64,000 bases of DNA from Poseidonia sp. (GTDB lineage Archaea > Thermoplasmatota > Poseidoniia > Poseidoniales > Poseidoniaceae), in contig CBFIDD010000004.1 in the NCBI GenBank assembly GCA_965661285.1, forward strand, positions 69,042 to 133,041, read 5' to 3'. The notes under the pieces are model-generated. The model had not been told where the DNA came from, made no database searches, and was given only the letters and a program-made list of their open reading frames with translations. The position numbers were made by a program, and so were the translations under genes. Positions 26,924 to 36,914 of the stretch are shown in pieces (the first letter of the stretch is position 1; every line of letters starts with the position of its first letter).

Positions 26924-27993
26924 GTATAATCCCTTAGTCCTCTATTATTGATTTGGCATCTAAGTGCTTCATTGAATATTTTTCGGGCGAGTTTGTAGTC
27001 AAGTCGTCTTCGTCGCTCACCCGTTTTGGTGTTGCCCATGAAGGCCGTCAAAAAGACATCGTGCGTGGCTTCACGGTATTCATCAATGCGTCGATTCGCT
27101 TCCGCGATGACACTGTCGAGTAAATCGCCTTCAAATTCAATTTCAATGTAGGTCAAATGTCGGCTGCTCACTTTGATGTTGCTCCGGTCATAACCCAGTT
27201 CCTCGCCCCGACAGAATTTGATGCGCATGCTTCCGTCTTCTCGGGTCCCGTCGACAGCTCGGTAGCCGAGCGTTCCATCAGGTGCGTTGAATTTCATGTG
27301 TGTCAAATTAGATGGCCCCTTTGCGGTTTGGTTGTGGACGCGTCGGAGTTCATCGTACTTTCCAAGGAGTGTGTCGTTTTTCCACACCTCTTTCAACGGG
27401 TTTGAGGTTGAGAAAACCATGACGCAGACGGGATGTTCTGTATCATCAAACGGGTTATCTTCGAGAATCGTAACTGAATGAAGTCGGTCTTTCCAATGGG
27501 GTAAATCATCCAAATCTTGGATGCCGGATTCGGGGACAATCCAAACTGAATCATCGTATTTTGCTATGGTTTGCTCAATGGCCAGTTTGAACAAGTCGTC
27601 CAAAACATTCAGCCGCGAATCATCAAGGGTGGGAATGAAGCCTGGAGAAAAATACTCCACCATGGGTGATTTGATTCGTTTCGCCGAATTTTTGGCCAGA
27701 TAGGGAGGATTGGTGAGGACGAATGCTCTTTCATGGACGAGAACACGACGGATGGAATCGTTTGGTTTTCCCCATTCTTTGGTGTCGCATATCTCTTGAT
27801 CAATATCATGGCCGAGAACGTGATACCCCATATCACTGGCCAGTTCAAGGAGGTGCCCATCACCAGCAAATGGGTCAACGCACACGGTGTATCGTTCACT
27901 TAAGGCTTCAATGTGAGCCCGGATATGGGGGCGCAGCCAGACAGAATCACGTGTGAAAAACTGACCGAGGTCTCGTTTGCTCTTCTCCGACAT
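26920..27993 (-). CDS. Amino-DNA (N6-adenine) methyltransferase, gamma-class motif order
   Basis: LGQFFT (motif X), DPFAGDG (motif I), TNPPY (motif IV). Confidence 0.85.
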   Translation of the reverse strand: MSEKSKRDLGQFFTRDSVWLRPHIRAHIEALSERYTVCVDPFAGDGHLLELASDMGYHVLGHDIDQEICDTKEWGKPNDSIRRVLVHERAFVLTNPPYLAKNSAKRIKSPMVEYFSPGFIPTLDDSRLNVLDDLFKLAIEQTIAKYDDSVWIVPESGIQDLDDLPHWKDRLHSVTILEDNPFDDTEHPVCVMVFSTSNPLKEVWKNDTLLGKYDELRRVHNQTAKGPSNLTHMKFNAPDGTLGYRAVDGTREDGSMRIKFCRGEELGYDRSNIKVSSRHLTYIEIEFEGDLLDSVIAEANRRIDEYREATHDVFLTAFMGNTKTGERRRRLDYKLARKIFNEALRCQINNRGLRDYT

Positions 27994-28038
27994 GGTATCG
28001 ACCTATCCATGTCAACAGTACATAACCAATGTTCACCA

Positions 28039-28632
28039 TCAAGATTCATCACGGCGAGCACGGCAAACAGCAACAAAATTCTCGAACATCTCTTTGCCAA
28101 ATTCCGAATCGTTGACCTCGGGGTGGAATTGAAGACCAAAGCGGTCGCCGGCTTCGTTTTCCATCCCTTGGACCTTGCACGACGGACTGCCGGCCGTGAT
28201 GAAGAAACCCTCCGGGACAACGTGGACTTCGTCGTTGTGCGATTCCCACACCGTTTGGGTCGGATCGGTACCGGCAAAGATGGTTCCGCCGCCCTCCACG
28301 AGTTCAATTTCCATGGCTCCAAATTCGGGCTCGGGTGATTCTCGGGCGTCACCACCGTAGTGACGCGCCATGAACTGATGACCGGCACAGATGCCGAGGA
28401 TGGGGATGTCGAGTTCAAGGAAAGCCCCACAGTTGCCAAGCTCGCCGGTGAGGCCCACTCGCGCCGCGCCTCCTGAAAGTATGAGGCCGTCCAGTTCACG
28501 AAGGTCTTCCACCGGGGTGGTGTTGTCGATGATTTGGGTGTCCACCTTGAGATAGCGGAGCATGCGCCATTCCCGATGCGTCCATTGGCCACCGTTGTCA
28601 ACGACATCAATCACCAAGGGTTTGTCCGACAT
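28039..28632 (-). CDS. guaAA: GMP synthase glutaminase subunit A
   Basis: DNGGQWTHREWR, ILSGG, PILGICAGHQ, SHNDEV, GLQFHPEV. Confidence 0.93.
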   Translation of the reverse strand: MSDKPLVIDVVDNGGQWTHREWRMLRYLKVDTQIIDNTTPVEDLRELDGLILSGGAARVGLTGELGNCGAFLELDIPILGICAGHQFMARHYGGDARESPEPEFGAMEIELVEGGGTIFAGTDPTQTVWESHNDEVHVVPEGFFITAGSPSCKVQGMENEAGDRFGLQFHPEVNDSEFGKEMFENFVAVCRARRDES

Positions 28633-28708
28633 GCTCCTCACTCACCCGGAGGTGATTGAGGAATGACCATGAACATGCCGATGCGGCAACGATAGGGGTT
28701 TGGCCTGC

Positions 28709-28831
28709 TCAGCGTTGGTGGACGGTGACCGTCCCGCAGACGCGGCACCAAACTTTGATGCCGTCCTTTCGCGGTGTTGCACCTGCAATGTCGATGGTGG
28801 CTCCACACTCACACTTCACGACGGTCTTCAT
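28709..28831 (-). CDS. 40-aa zinc-ribbon microprotein (below the ORF-track cutoff)
   Basis: MKTVVKCECGATIDIAGATPRKDGIKVWCRVCGTVTVHQR*; CxC and CxxC knuckles; fills the gap between co-oriented genes. Confidence 0.65.
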   Translation of the reverse strand: MKTVVKCECGATIDIAGATPRKDGIKVWCRVCGTVTVHQR

Positions 28832-28870
28832 GTTTCAACCCAGCAAGCGGTGCTTCATCAAGTGAACGCT

Positions 28871-29962
28871 TCAATCCCATGCGATGATGGTCTGAAACAC
28901 CACAAAACATCGGGTTGTTGAGAAGTCTTTGATTTCCAAGACGGAGGTTTCCTGCGGCGTTCCGCCCGCTGCGCTCACCAAGTCCTCCAGTTGGCCAACG
29001 CGCCCCCCAACCGATGTTCGCTCAACGATGGCCCATCCGCGCAGCAAGCCCTCGCCTTGCTGAACAAACAGTGGCAGAATGTCGGGCAGGTGTTCAAAAC
29101 TGTCGTGCGGTAGATTGACCAACACAACGTCGGCTTGGCCTCGGAGATGCTCGTCATCTTTCCACGTGCGAGCATCCTTGCACACCACCGTGGCGGGATG
29201 GAGGTGTTCGGTGTTTTTTTGCGTCCAGCGAACGAGGTTTCGTTCCATCAATTCCACGGCCTCTGGATTCAAATCGCCTGCAAGATAGCCGCCCAAAAGG
29301 CCGCTCTGCTTCAACATCAACACAAAAGCCGGCCCTACGCCTGCATACGGATCGGCGACGACCAAGGGCCTGCCAAGGCGCTCGCAAAACGCTTGCACTT
29401 CCTGATAGGTTTTCTTGCGCTGGTGGGCGAGTCGGGCTGAGTAGTAAACAGCACCGGGGTCAACGTCCACCAGTTGCTCGTTTTCACGAACCCGGGTCCG
29501 TGTGGTCCTGCTTCCATCCCGGCTGGAAAGAACGTGGAGGTCTCGTACGCGGAAATCTCCTTTCACACCATCGTCCGCGCATACAATTCGAACGTTGTGC
29601 ATGTGCTTCAGCATCGCTTCAGCGATGGCGTGTCCGTGCGTTTCGGCCGCTTCATCAAGTTTGACAATGAGGACATCGCCCTGGATTTCGTACGAACTTG
29701 GCCAGATGGTTTTCGGCAGGATTTGGAGATGTTCGGGGAGGTGTTCGGTCCAGTGTGTCGGGCCGCGGTTTTTTGGTTCGGCTTCAACGTGCGGAAATCC
29801 TTCCCAGCAAGCCTCGCCCTCAGCCGGCGCTTCGTCTGTCAAGGGAAGGCCGCGGTGGTGTTCATCGACCACGACAACGCCGGAGGGGGCGAGCCATCCA
29901 TTGGCCTTGCATCGCTGCAGCCACACCTGTGTCTGCTCGCTCGGCACGCTCAAATGACGCAT
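28871..29962 (-). CDS. Trm5/Tyw2 (Met-10+)-family tRNA methyltransferase
   Basis: SSYEIQGDVL, GVKGDFRVR, VYYSARLAHQR, DPYAGVGP, DLNPEA, VNLPH. Confidence 0.85.
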   Translation of the reverse strand: MRHLSVPSEQTQVWLQRCKANGWLAPSGVVVVDEHHRGLPLTDEAPAEGEACWEGFPHVEAEPKNRGPTHWTEHLPEHLQILPKTIWPSSYEIQGDVLIVKLDEAAETHGHAIAEAMLKHMHNVRIVCADDGVKGDFRVRDLHVLSSRDGSRTTRTRVRENEQLVDVDPGAVYYSARLAHQRKKTYQEVQAFCERLGRPLVVADPYAGVGPAFVLMLKQSGLLGGYLAGDLNPEAVELMERNLVRWTQKNTEHLHPATVVCKDARTWKDDEHLRGQADVVLVNLPHDSFEHLPDILPLFVQQGEGLLRGWAIVERTSVGGRVGQLEDLVSAAGGTPQETSVLEIKDFSTTRCFVVFQTIIAWD

Positions 29963-29999
29963 GGCCCTCGCCCTGTCCACGCGTCTTTGAGGTTTGAGC

Positions 30000-30890
30000 A
30001 TGGCGGCCACCGATACCGAATCCAATCCCCTCCCCGAATCGGGGTTGTTGCTCGTCGGTATGGGGATGGGGCGGCTGGAAGGGATGACGCAAGAAGCCCT
30101 TCACGCGGCCACTTCGGCCGAACATCGTCGCTACGAAGCCTACACGGCGCTTTGGCCTGAAGCGGAGTTGGTTCGGCTCGAAACGGCCATCGGTCCGGTT
30201 CAGCGCGTCATGCGCCCCGAGGTGGAAGAACCCGACGAACTCTTTGCGCTCGCCAAGCAGTCCCTTGTCGCCCTTCTGGTCGTAGGCGACCCGCTCCAAG
30301 CGACAACACATGTGGACCTGCAACTTCGAGCCCAAGAAATGGGCGTGGAATGTCGCGTGTTTCACGGCATTTCCATCACCTCGGTCGTCACCGGTGCAGT
30401 GGGCCTTTCCAACTACAAATTTGGACGGCAGACGACACTCACCTACCCGTACGGGGACTGGATTGCCACCTCGCCGCTGGACGTGATCGCTTCCAACTGG
30501 GAGCAGCATCTTCACACCCTTGCGCTGCTGGATTTGGACCCCACGGGTCTCGGGACCGGCGACCAACGCCCCATGCGCCCTGAAGACGCCGTCCAATCCA
30601 TGCGCCTCATGTGGGAGAAATTGCAAGAACTGGCGGATGAACCCCTTTCCGAAGACGATGTTCACCTGACGTTTCGCCAAATGGCCACGAAACGCTACAT
30701 GCAACAGAACTTCGATGACATCGCCGTCGTGCTGTGTGCCGATATGGGCACACCCGACCAGTCCATCATCACCACCACGCTCGGGGCTTTGGCAGAGGAA
30801 AAGGGTGGGCGCTTGAACAGCCTCATTTTCCCTGCAGCCACGGGTGAGGTTGAAGAGAAGGCCGTTCTTCGTTGGAAGCGGGGTGAGTAA
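30000..30890 (+). CDS. dph5: Diphthine synthase
   Basis: LVGMGMG, EAYTA, VVGDPLQATTH, GLSNYKFGRQTTL, HTLALLDL. Confidence 0.95.
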   Translation: MAATDTESNPLPESGLLLVGMGMGRLEGMTQEALHAATSAEHRRYEAYTALWPEAELVRLETAIGPVQRVMRPEVEEPDELFALAKQSLVALLVVGDPLQATTHVDLQLRAQEMGVECRVFHGISITSVVTGAVGLSNYKFGRQTTLTYPYGDWIATSPLDVIASNWEQHLHTLALLDLDPTGLGTGDQRPMRPEDAVQSMRLMWEKLQELADEPLSEDDVHLTFRQMATKRYMQQNFDDIAVVLCADMGTPDQSIITTTLGALAEEKGGRLNSLIFPAATGEVEEKAVLRWKRGE

Positions 30891-30891
30891 G

Positions 30892-33000
30892 ATGTTTGGT
30901 TTGTCAGACGAAATTGTCTTGCTGCTCTCGTTCCTTTTGTTCATGGGCTTCTTTGCCGGCGTCGGCTTGGCCTCCATGCGCGTCAAACAGGACACCACGG
31001 ACGACTATTTGGTCGCCGGTCGCGGCATGCATCCCGCTTTGGCAGCGCTGAGTGCGGTCAGCACGTGGAACTCCGGCTACATGTTCATCGGGTTCATCGG
31101 GTTCATTTTCGTCCAGGGCTACTCGGGGATTTGGATTGGATTGGTCTCGACCTTGGGGCAAGCCGTCGCTTGGATTTGGCTTTACAAATTCATTCAAAAG
31201 GAAGGAAACGAACGCGGTGTTCGCTCGCTTTCTTCACTGGTCTCCAAAACCACCGGTGCGCCTGAGGCAAAACTGGCAGGCATACTCTCGGTTGCGTTCC
31301 TTTCAATTTACGCCGCTGCGCAATTGGTCGCAGGCGGTGTCGCACTCCAAGCCATGCTCGGCTGGTCGGAAGTCATTGGCATCCTCATTGGATTTGTGCT
31401 GGTCGTCGCCTATTGTTACGCCGGCGGCATTCGTGCTTCAATATGGACCGATGCGGCACAGTCCTGCGTTATGATCGTGGGCTCGACCATCCTTTGCTAC
31501 GTTGCCGTTTCCGAGGTCGGCGGATTTTCGGGCTTGCACAACGCGTTGAGGGACGTTGACCCGAGAATGGTGAACATGTTCCCAGCCGACCTGACCTTTG
31601 GCGTGACGTTGTGGATTGGTGCCTTCTTCCTCGGTGGGCTCGGGGTCGCAGGCCAACCCCAAGTGGTCTCTCGTGTCATGACCCTCAAAGACGACAAGGC
31701 TCGCAAGGAAGCCGCCATTTGGTTCTTCGTCTGGCAAACGCCCTTCATCGCCCTCATGTTCATCATCGGGCTGGCGTGCCGCGCCATCTTCCTCGACCTC
31801 GACGCTTCCCAAGCCCAAGACGGGTTGCCATTACTGGCGATGGAGGTACTCAATCCATTCCTCGCCGGCGTGATTCTCGCGTCCATTTTCGCAGCGACCA
31901 TGTCCACCGCCGACAGCCAAGTGCTGGCGTGTACCGCAGCCATCACCGATGACGTCAAGCCAGAGTGGGCCCAAGACCACAAAACCACGAAACTCGTCAC
32001 CTTGGTCATCGCAGTGTTTGTCACCGTCATCGCACTGGGTGGCCAACAATTCCCCGGCTTTGGCGACTCCGTCTTTGCCCTGGTCGTGCTGGCCGTCTAC
32101 GGTTTGGGCGGTATCTTCGTGCCGTTGCTCTTGATTCGAATGATGGGCTACGAGCCCGATACACAGCACACGATTTGGATGATGGTGGCAGCCTTGAGCG
32201 CTGTTATCGTTTGGAGCGCCAGCGGATACGGCAACGACATCTTCCCGTCCATTCCCGCCATGAGTGCGGCGTTTGCGACCCACTTCATTCTCTGCTGGAA
32301 ACGCAGCGATTCAAATCCAAACCCACTGGGCCGATACAGCCTGCCAACCCAACGCACGGCGACCATCGGTGCCGTGGTGATTTTGGTACTCTTTGGTGCA
32401 CTTGAGGGGACCTATCAGACCGTCGCTCCCGAAGCTTCGGATTCCTCTAGCAACGAACCGTATCAGTTGAGTTATTCCGTGAGCCTGTGGGAACAATCAG
32501 AATCGTTCAGTTTGACCGACGGGGATACGCAGACGTTTGAGGTGGTCATTGACGAGACGATGACGGCCGTTCTCATTGCGGAATTATCCATCACCTACAC
32601 CGATACCGGTGAGACCATCACCGCTGCGTGCGACGAGGTGGTCACAACGCCGGACTACAGCGGACTTGCAGGGCCGTTCTCCGAAAGCGATGACAGCATG
32701 AAGTCCACCACAGCTTGCGATACGACCACCATCGTAGGGAGCATTCGCCCGAATGCCGACCTCAACCAATACGCCAGCGAAGGTGCGGGCGACTACACGC
32801 TGAACGGAAGCGAAAGCGATCTCATCGACATTCTCACAATGCTCGGAAAAGCCCCTGAAATGATGGGGACAGTGAGCATGGATGTCTCACTCAACGCCAA
32901 CAATGGCCTCCCGTTCGGCGACGACAACAGCGAATCGGTTACCGTGACGCTCAGTATGCTGGTGTTCCAACCAAGTGGGATGACGCCCCTTACAGCGTGA
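30892..33000 (+). CDS. Sodium:solute symporter (PutP-like) with C-terminal soluble extension
   Basis: DDYLVAGR, ALSAVSTWNSGY, AGGIRASIWTDAAQ, GQPQVVSRVM, AATMSTADSQ. Confidence 0.9.
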   Translation: MFGLSDEIVLLLSFLLFMGFFAGVGLASMRVKQDTTDDYLVAGRGMHPALAALSAVSTWNSGYMFIGFIGFIFVQGYSGIWIGLVSTLGQAVAWIWLYKFIQKEGNERGVRSLSSLVSKTTGAPEAKLAGILSVAFLSIYAAAQLVAGGVALQAMLGWSEVIGILIGFVLVVAYCYAGGIRASIWTDAAQSCVMIVGSTILCYVAVSEVGGFSGLHNALRDVDPRMVNMFPADLTFGVTLWIGAFFLGGLGVAGQPQVVSRVMTLKDDKARKEAAIWFFVWQTPFIALMFIIGLACRAIFLDLDASQAQDGLPLLAMEVLNPFLAGVILASIFAATMSTADSQVLACTAAITDDVKPEWAQDHKTTKLVTLVIAVFVTVIALGGQQFPGFGDSVFALVVLAVYGLGGIFVPLLLIRMMGYEPDTQHTIWMMVAALSAVIVWSASGYGNDIFPSIPAMSAAFATHFILCWKRSDSNPNPLGRYSLPTQRTATIGAVVILVLFGALEGTYQTVAPEASDSSSNEPYQLSYSVSLWEQSESFSLTDGDTQTFEVVIDETMTAVLIAELSITYTDTGETITAACDEVVTTPDYSGLAGPFSESDDSMKSTTACDTTTIVGSIRPNADLNQYASEGAGDYTLNGSESDLIDILTMLGKAPEMMGTVSMDVSLNANNGLPFGDDNSESVTVTLSMLVFQPSGMTPLTA

Positions 33001-33841
33001 AGGTCATGCCCTGGTGGCCCACCTTCCACCCCATCGCCTGAAGCGTTTGATATTGCTCGGACGAAGTGTTGTGGAGCGGGTTGGTGTGGTTGAGGTGAAT
33101 GAAGATGATGTCGGGGTCGTCATCTCTTCGCGGTCCAAGCCGCTCCAGTGATTCGGCCACAGGCGGATGAGGCACCTCACGTTGGGAGCGCCCTGAGAGT
33201 TCGTCGCTGCTCCAGAACGTACCGTCCACGAGCGCCACATCGATGTTCAACTGGGTGAGCCATTCTCGAATGGATGATGCCCCGTAATGGGCAAGCGTGT
33301 CGTCCCACCGGTCGTGGTCGGGAAGGAAAAGCAGCGAAGCCTTCGGACCTCGAACGACAAACGCATGCATGTCCGAGAGTTCAGCACGATGGGGCACAGC
33401 CAACGGTTCAACACGAACGTCTTCGGAAAGTGAGAACGCGACGCCCGAGGAGATGGATTGGACCGAAAAGACGCCTTGTTGCACCATCAACGCCCATTGT
33501 GGCGTGCGCTCGATGAGCGATTGCATGGAGGGTGAAACGTAGAGACAAAGCCCGGAGGCGTTGAGCGTCTCACGACCGAACAACCCCAAGCCATCAACGT
33601 GCCCAAAGTGTGCGTGTGTGAGCAAGACCGAGTGAAATGGAGGGTTGTCCCACACCCGAAGTTGTTCCCCAAGCGCCCGCGTGGCTTCGATGAGATGCCC
33701 TTGGCCGTGCTCGTCGGTGATGCCGAGGCTGACGGGATGTCGAATGTCCTCGGGCCCGAGGTTTGCGCAACATGGTCGTTGGCAACCGGGCTGAGGACGC
33801 CCGCCATCCTGGGCGATTCCAAGCAAGGTCACCGTTGCCAT
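32990..33841 (-). CDS. PqqB-like metallo-beta-lactamase-fold hydrolase
   Basis: LGIAQDGGRPQPGC..PCC, LTHAHFGHVDG, VDGTF, HPP, HLNHTNP. Confidence 0.85.
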   Translation of the reverse strand: MATVTLLGIAQDGGRPQPGCQRPCCANLGPEDIRHPVSLGITDEHGQGHLIEATRALGEQLRVWDNPPFHSVLLTHAHFGHVDGLGLFGRETLNASGLCLYVSPSMQSLIERTPQWALMVQQGVFSVQSISSGVAFSLSEDVRVEPLAVPHRAELSDMHAFVVRGPKASLLFLPDHDRWDDTLAHYGASSIREWLTQLNIDVALVDGTFWSSDELSGRSQREVPHPPVAESLERLGPRRDDDPDIIFIHLNHTNPLHNTSSEQYQTLQAMGWKVGHQGMTFTL

Positions 33842-33929
33842 ATTCCCAACCATGGTGAAGAAGAACATGAGCCCTTTGACGCGAAGGTCTCAAACCTCAC
33901 CACCGAGTCCATGTGAACGGGGGACCACT

Positions 33930-35678
33930 GTGCCAGCACCATCGAAAGTTGAGTTCCCCGGTCAAAAAAAGACCAAAGCGAGGATGCGTGGCACCAAACA
34001 GGCCAACGAAGCAACGGCGAAAAAACTCGCTCGGGAATTGGGTCAATTCAGAGAAAACCCCCGCAGTCATCTCCCGGCCATGACCTTCTCGGGAAAACTC
34101 CGCTGGGGCCGCACCGACCCTGTCTCGAAGACGCTCTCTGAAATTGAAAAAATCATAAAGAAAAAAGACGATTTGAAATGGCTTCAAAAGCGCATGATGG
34201 CCAAACGAGGCGATGATGTTGCCAAGGCCTTCGCCGGTTCGCTTCATGCATCTCATGACGAGCAATTCACGATGGTGGGCCAGTTCAATTCTGGCTCGTT
34301 TGGCTCGGGTTCGTATGTTCGACGAGGCGATGGAAAACCTGGCTACCTTGCTGGCATCCAGAACTACGCCAACTTGACGCTGCGCATGCTTCCATGGGAG
34401 GACCACGCTCGCCGAGGCATGCACTTCTTCAGCTGGGACGGAGGTTTTGTCTGCACGGGGCCTCATCCCAACCCACCCGAAGAATGGCTCAGTGATGTGT
34501 TGGCGCGCTCACGCTTTGACTTGGAAAAGCACGACGTCGAAGGAGTGACGGTGTGGACCACACAAGGGCTTGACCCGCAAAGCGTGGTTGACGGTAACGG
34601 TTCCGCCACGGGCCACATCGCCATGCGGTTTCATCACGGACCGGTGGTGGGGTTGGGTCTTGACGCCCTGGAGACGTTCTCCAAAAAGGACTCGCCCTTT
34701 GTCCACCATCTCGCCCTCTCGATGCTCCCTCCACTTCTCCCTTCCGTGCTCACCATGGAGGCTTCGTGGACGCCTGAAGGGTGGCCAAAAGAGAAGGCGC
34801 TCCCTCAAGCGACCCTCGAGGGGATCGACAAAGTCATCGACGCCTGGCAAGGCCTCACCATGAACGAAGGTGTCGTGGCCTCGGCCATGAAACAAACCGT
34901 CATGGAAAGCATCGACGAGGGGCTCCTTATCGGTGAACAATGGCTCGAAGGGACCGACCTCGAGGCCTTGGAAGACGCCCTTCAGACGTTTGCGGGTTCG
35001 AATGAAGAGCGTCTGCTGGCTGCGGAAATTCTTAGACAGGCGATGGTTGAACCGGATGAAGACAGCATCGGTTTGCGAATCGAAGCCAAAGGAAGCCCTG
35101 AACAACGGGAAGACCGATGCATTCGCGTCATGAACACCGCGTCCTGTGGCGATGTTCTTTCCGCCTTTTGGCCCATGCACGGCCAGGAGGCACTGGCTGT
35201 GCTCGGTCTTGATGGCGAAGACGCCAAGACCATTTGGCAGCAACAGCACGACAGCCCCAAACCGTTTGGAAAATTCCTCAAAGGGCTTGACCAAGCCAAG
35301 GCACTCGCCCAACAAAAAGCGCGATTCCCCTCTCACGAGGGGGCAGGCATGGCGGCGACCATGATTCACACCTACATCGTTGCTGGCCTCACGCAAGGCA
35401 TGGGCTCGGTCGAGCGGAAAGCCACGGCCCGACACGCTTCACTGGATGAGGCGGCCGCTGCGTGGGCTTGGCTGGTGGCGGTTGGACGCTCTGGCGGACA
35501 AGAATGGCATTTCGAAAACAACGCCCGAGACCGAGGGGGTGTCTGGGCCGTGCCGACCACTGAACTCTGGTCGATTGGAAAACAATTGATGGAAGCCAGC
35601 GAGGACGAGATTTCAGAATTGCAAGACGCTTGGAAGGCCTCGTTTGAGACCCTCAAAACCACCACGGGAAGTTCCTGA
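33930..35678 (+). CDS. Large soluble hypothetical protein
   Basis: Uninterrupted ORF filling the gap between neighbours; basic N-terminus; start uncertain (33852/33930/33984). Confidence 0.7.
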   Translation: MPAPSKVEFPGQKKTKARMRGTKQANEATAKKLARELGQFRENPRSHLPAMTFSGKLRWGRTDPVSKTLSEIEKIIKKKDDLKWLQKRMMAKRGDDVAKAFAGSLHASHDEQFTMVGQFNSGSFGSGSYVRRGDGKPGYLAGIQNYANLTLRMLPWEDHARRGMHFFSWDGGFVCTGPHPNPPEEWLSDVLARSRFDLEKHDVEGVTVWTTQGLDPQSVVDGNGSATGHIAMRFHHGPVVGLGLDALETFSKKDSPFVHHLALSMLPPLLPSVLTMEASWTPEGWPKEKALPQATLEGIDKVIDAWQGLTMNEGVVASAMKQTVMESIDEGLLIGEQWLEGTDLEALEDALQTFAGSNEERLLAAEILRQAMVEPDEDSIGLRIEAKGSPEQREDRCIRVMNTASCGDVLSAFWPMHGQEALAVLGLDGEDAKTIWQQQHDSPKPFGKFLKGLDQAKALAQQKARFPSHEGAGMAATMIHTYIVAGLTQGMGSVERKATARHASLDEAAAAWAWLVAVGRSGGQEWHFENNARDRGGVWAVPTTELWSIGKQLMEASEDEISELQDAWKASFETLKTTTGSS

Positions 35679-35691
35679 AAGGCTGTGGCCT

Positions 35692-36870
35692 CTAAGCCGA
35701 AGGAAGCGCTGCTTCAATGTCTGCCCAAAGGTCTTCGACATCTTCGATACCGATGCTCAATCGCACGAATCCAGGAACGACGCCAGCCGCCACTCGGATG
35801 TCTTCGGGAACCGACATATGGCTGGAATTGAACGGACATTCGATGAGTGATTCAACGCCACCGAGGCTGGTAGCTTCGTAAATGATCTTCAGCTTGCGCA
35901 TGAAGGTGAGCGCTGCTTCATCTCCGCCCTTGACCACGAAAGCGACCATCCCTGAACCGTTGGGCAACATGCGCTGGGCCACGTCGTAGTCGGGATGGCT
36001 TTCCAACTTGGAATGGTAAACTCGCTCAATGGCGTCGTGGCCTTCAAGCCGCTGAGCAAGGGTGTGCGCGTTTTCGCAAATTCGGGGCATGCGAACGTCC
36101 AACGTTCGCATCCCGCGCTCGAGCAAATAGCACGAGTGGGGGTCTGGGGCTGCGCCGAAGTGCATCTTGCATCTGAAAATCTCGGCGATGAGCTCCTTTT
36201 TTCCAACGACGGCGCCACCGAGGATATCGGAGTGCCCACCGAGGTACTTCGTTGTGGAATGGATGACGAGGTCAACGCCCATCGTCAGCGGCTTGCAACC
36301 CCACGGTGAGGCAAAGGTGTTGTCGATGATCAGCAGAAGGTTGTGGCGCTTTGCAACCTCCGCCATGGCCTCAATATCGCACACCTTGAGGACAGGGTTG
36401 GTCAAGGTCTCGATGTAGAGGATTTTCGTGTTCTCCTGAATGGCTGCCTCGTAAGACGAAGGGTCTCGCATATCAGCCATCGTTGTGGAAATACCGAGCC
36501 GGGGAAATTCCTGGGTCAACAAACCGTAGGTGCCGCCGTAAATGTCAGCACTGGCCACCATGTGGTCGCCTTGGTTGAGCAAGGCGAGAAGGGTGGTTGA
36601 GATGGCTCCCATTCCCGAAGAGAAGGTTTCGGCGTCTTCGCCACCTTCCATCGCCGTCAATTTTTGTGCGACTGCATCCGAGTTGACGGTGGAGAGACGA
36701 GCGTAGAGAAGGGTGTGTTGGGCGCCAGCGGCCCATCCTGCATAGCGCTCGTCGGTGAGTTTGTAGGTCGATGATTGGAAAATCGGCGTGTTGACCGCGT
36801 CGCCGATGTGTTGTGTGCCGCTGTGAACGGCCTGCGTGGCGAAACGTGTGCTTTCTTTTTTCTCCGACAT
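35692..36870 (-). CDS. Cys/Met metabolism PLP enzyme (cystathionine/methionine gamma-lyase family)
   Basis: PIFQSSTY, FSSGMGAI, YGGT, IDNTFASP, HSTTKYLGGHSD, TSLGGVESL, RLSIGIED. Confidence 0.93.
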   Translation of the reverse strand: MSEKKESTRFATQAVHSGTQHIGDAVNTPIFQSSTYKLTDERYAGWAAGAQHTLLYARLSTVNSDAVAQKLTAMEGGEDAETFSSGMGAISTTLLALLNQGDHMVASADIYGGTYGLLTQEFPRLGISTTMADMRDPSSYEAAIQENTKILYIETLTNPVLKVCDIEAMAEVAKRHNLLLIIDNTFASPWGCKPLTMGVDLVIHSTTKYLGGHSDILGGAVVGKKELIAEIFRCKMHFGAAPDPHSCYLLERGMRTLDVRMPRICENAHTLAQRLEGHDAIERVYHSKLESHPDYDVAQRMLPNGSGMVAFVVKGGDEAALTFMRKLKIIYEATSLGGVESLIECPFNSSHMSVPEDIRVAAGVVPGFVRLSIGIEDVEDLWADIEAALPSA

Positions 36871-36914
36871 GCCTATCTCCATTCTGCCCACCGAAACACG
36901 CTCTTTGAACGCTT

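Noticed and set aside
22224-28030. Integrated element from tRNA-Asp to the R-M cassette
   Set aside because: No duplicated tRNA end or integrase seen; 22301-26302 has host-like composition
28709-28831. Ribosomal protein S27e or similar call for the zinc ribbon
   Set aside because: Too short and the Cys spacing and flanks do not match; left as unnamed microprotein
32990-33841. PQQ biosynthesis cluster
   Set aside because: Only a PqqB-like hydrolase; no pqqA/C/D/E nearby
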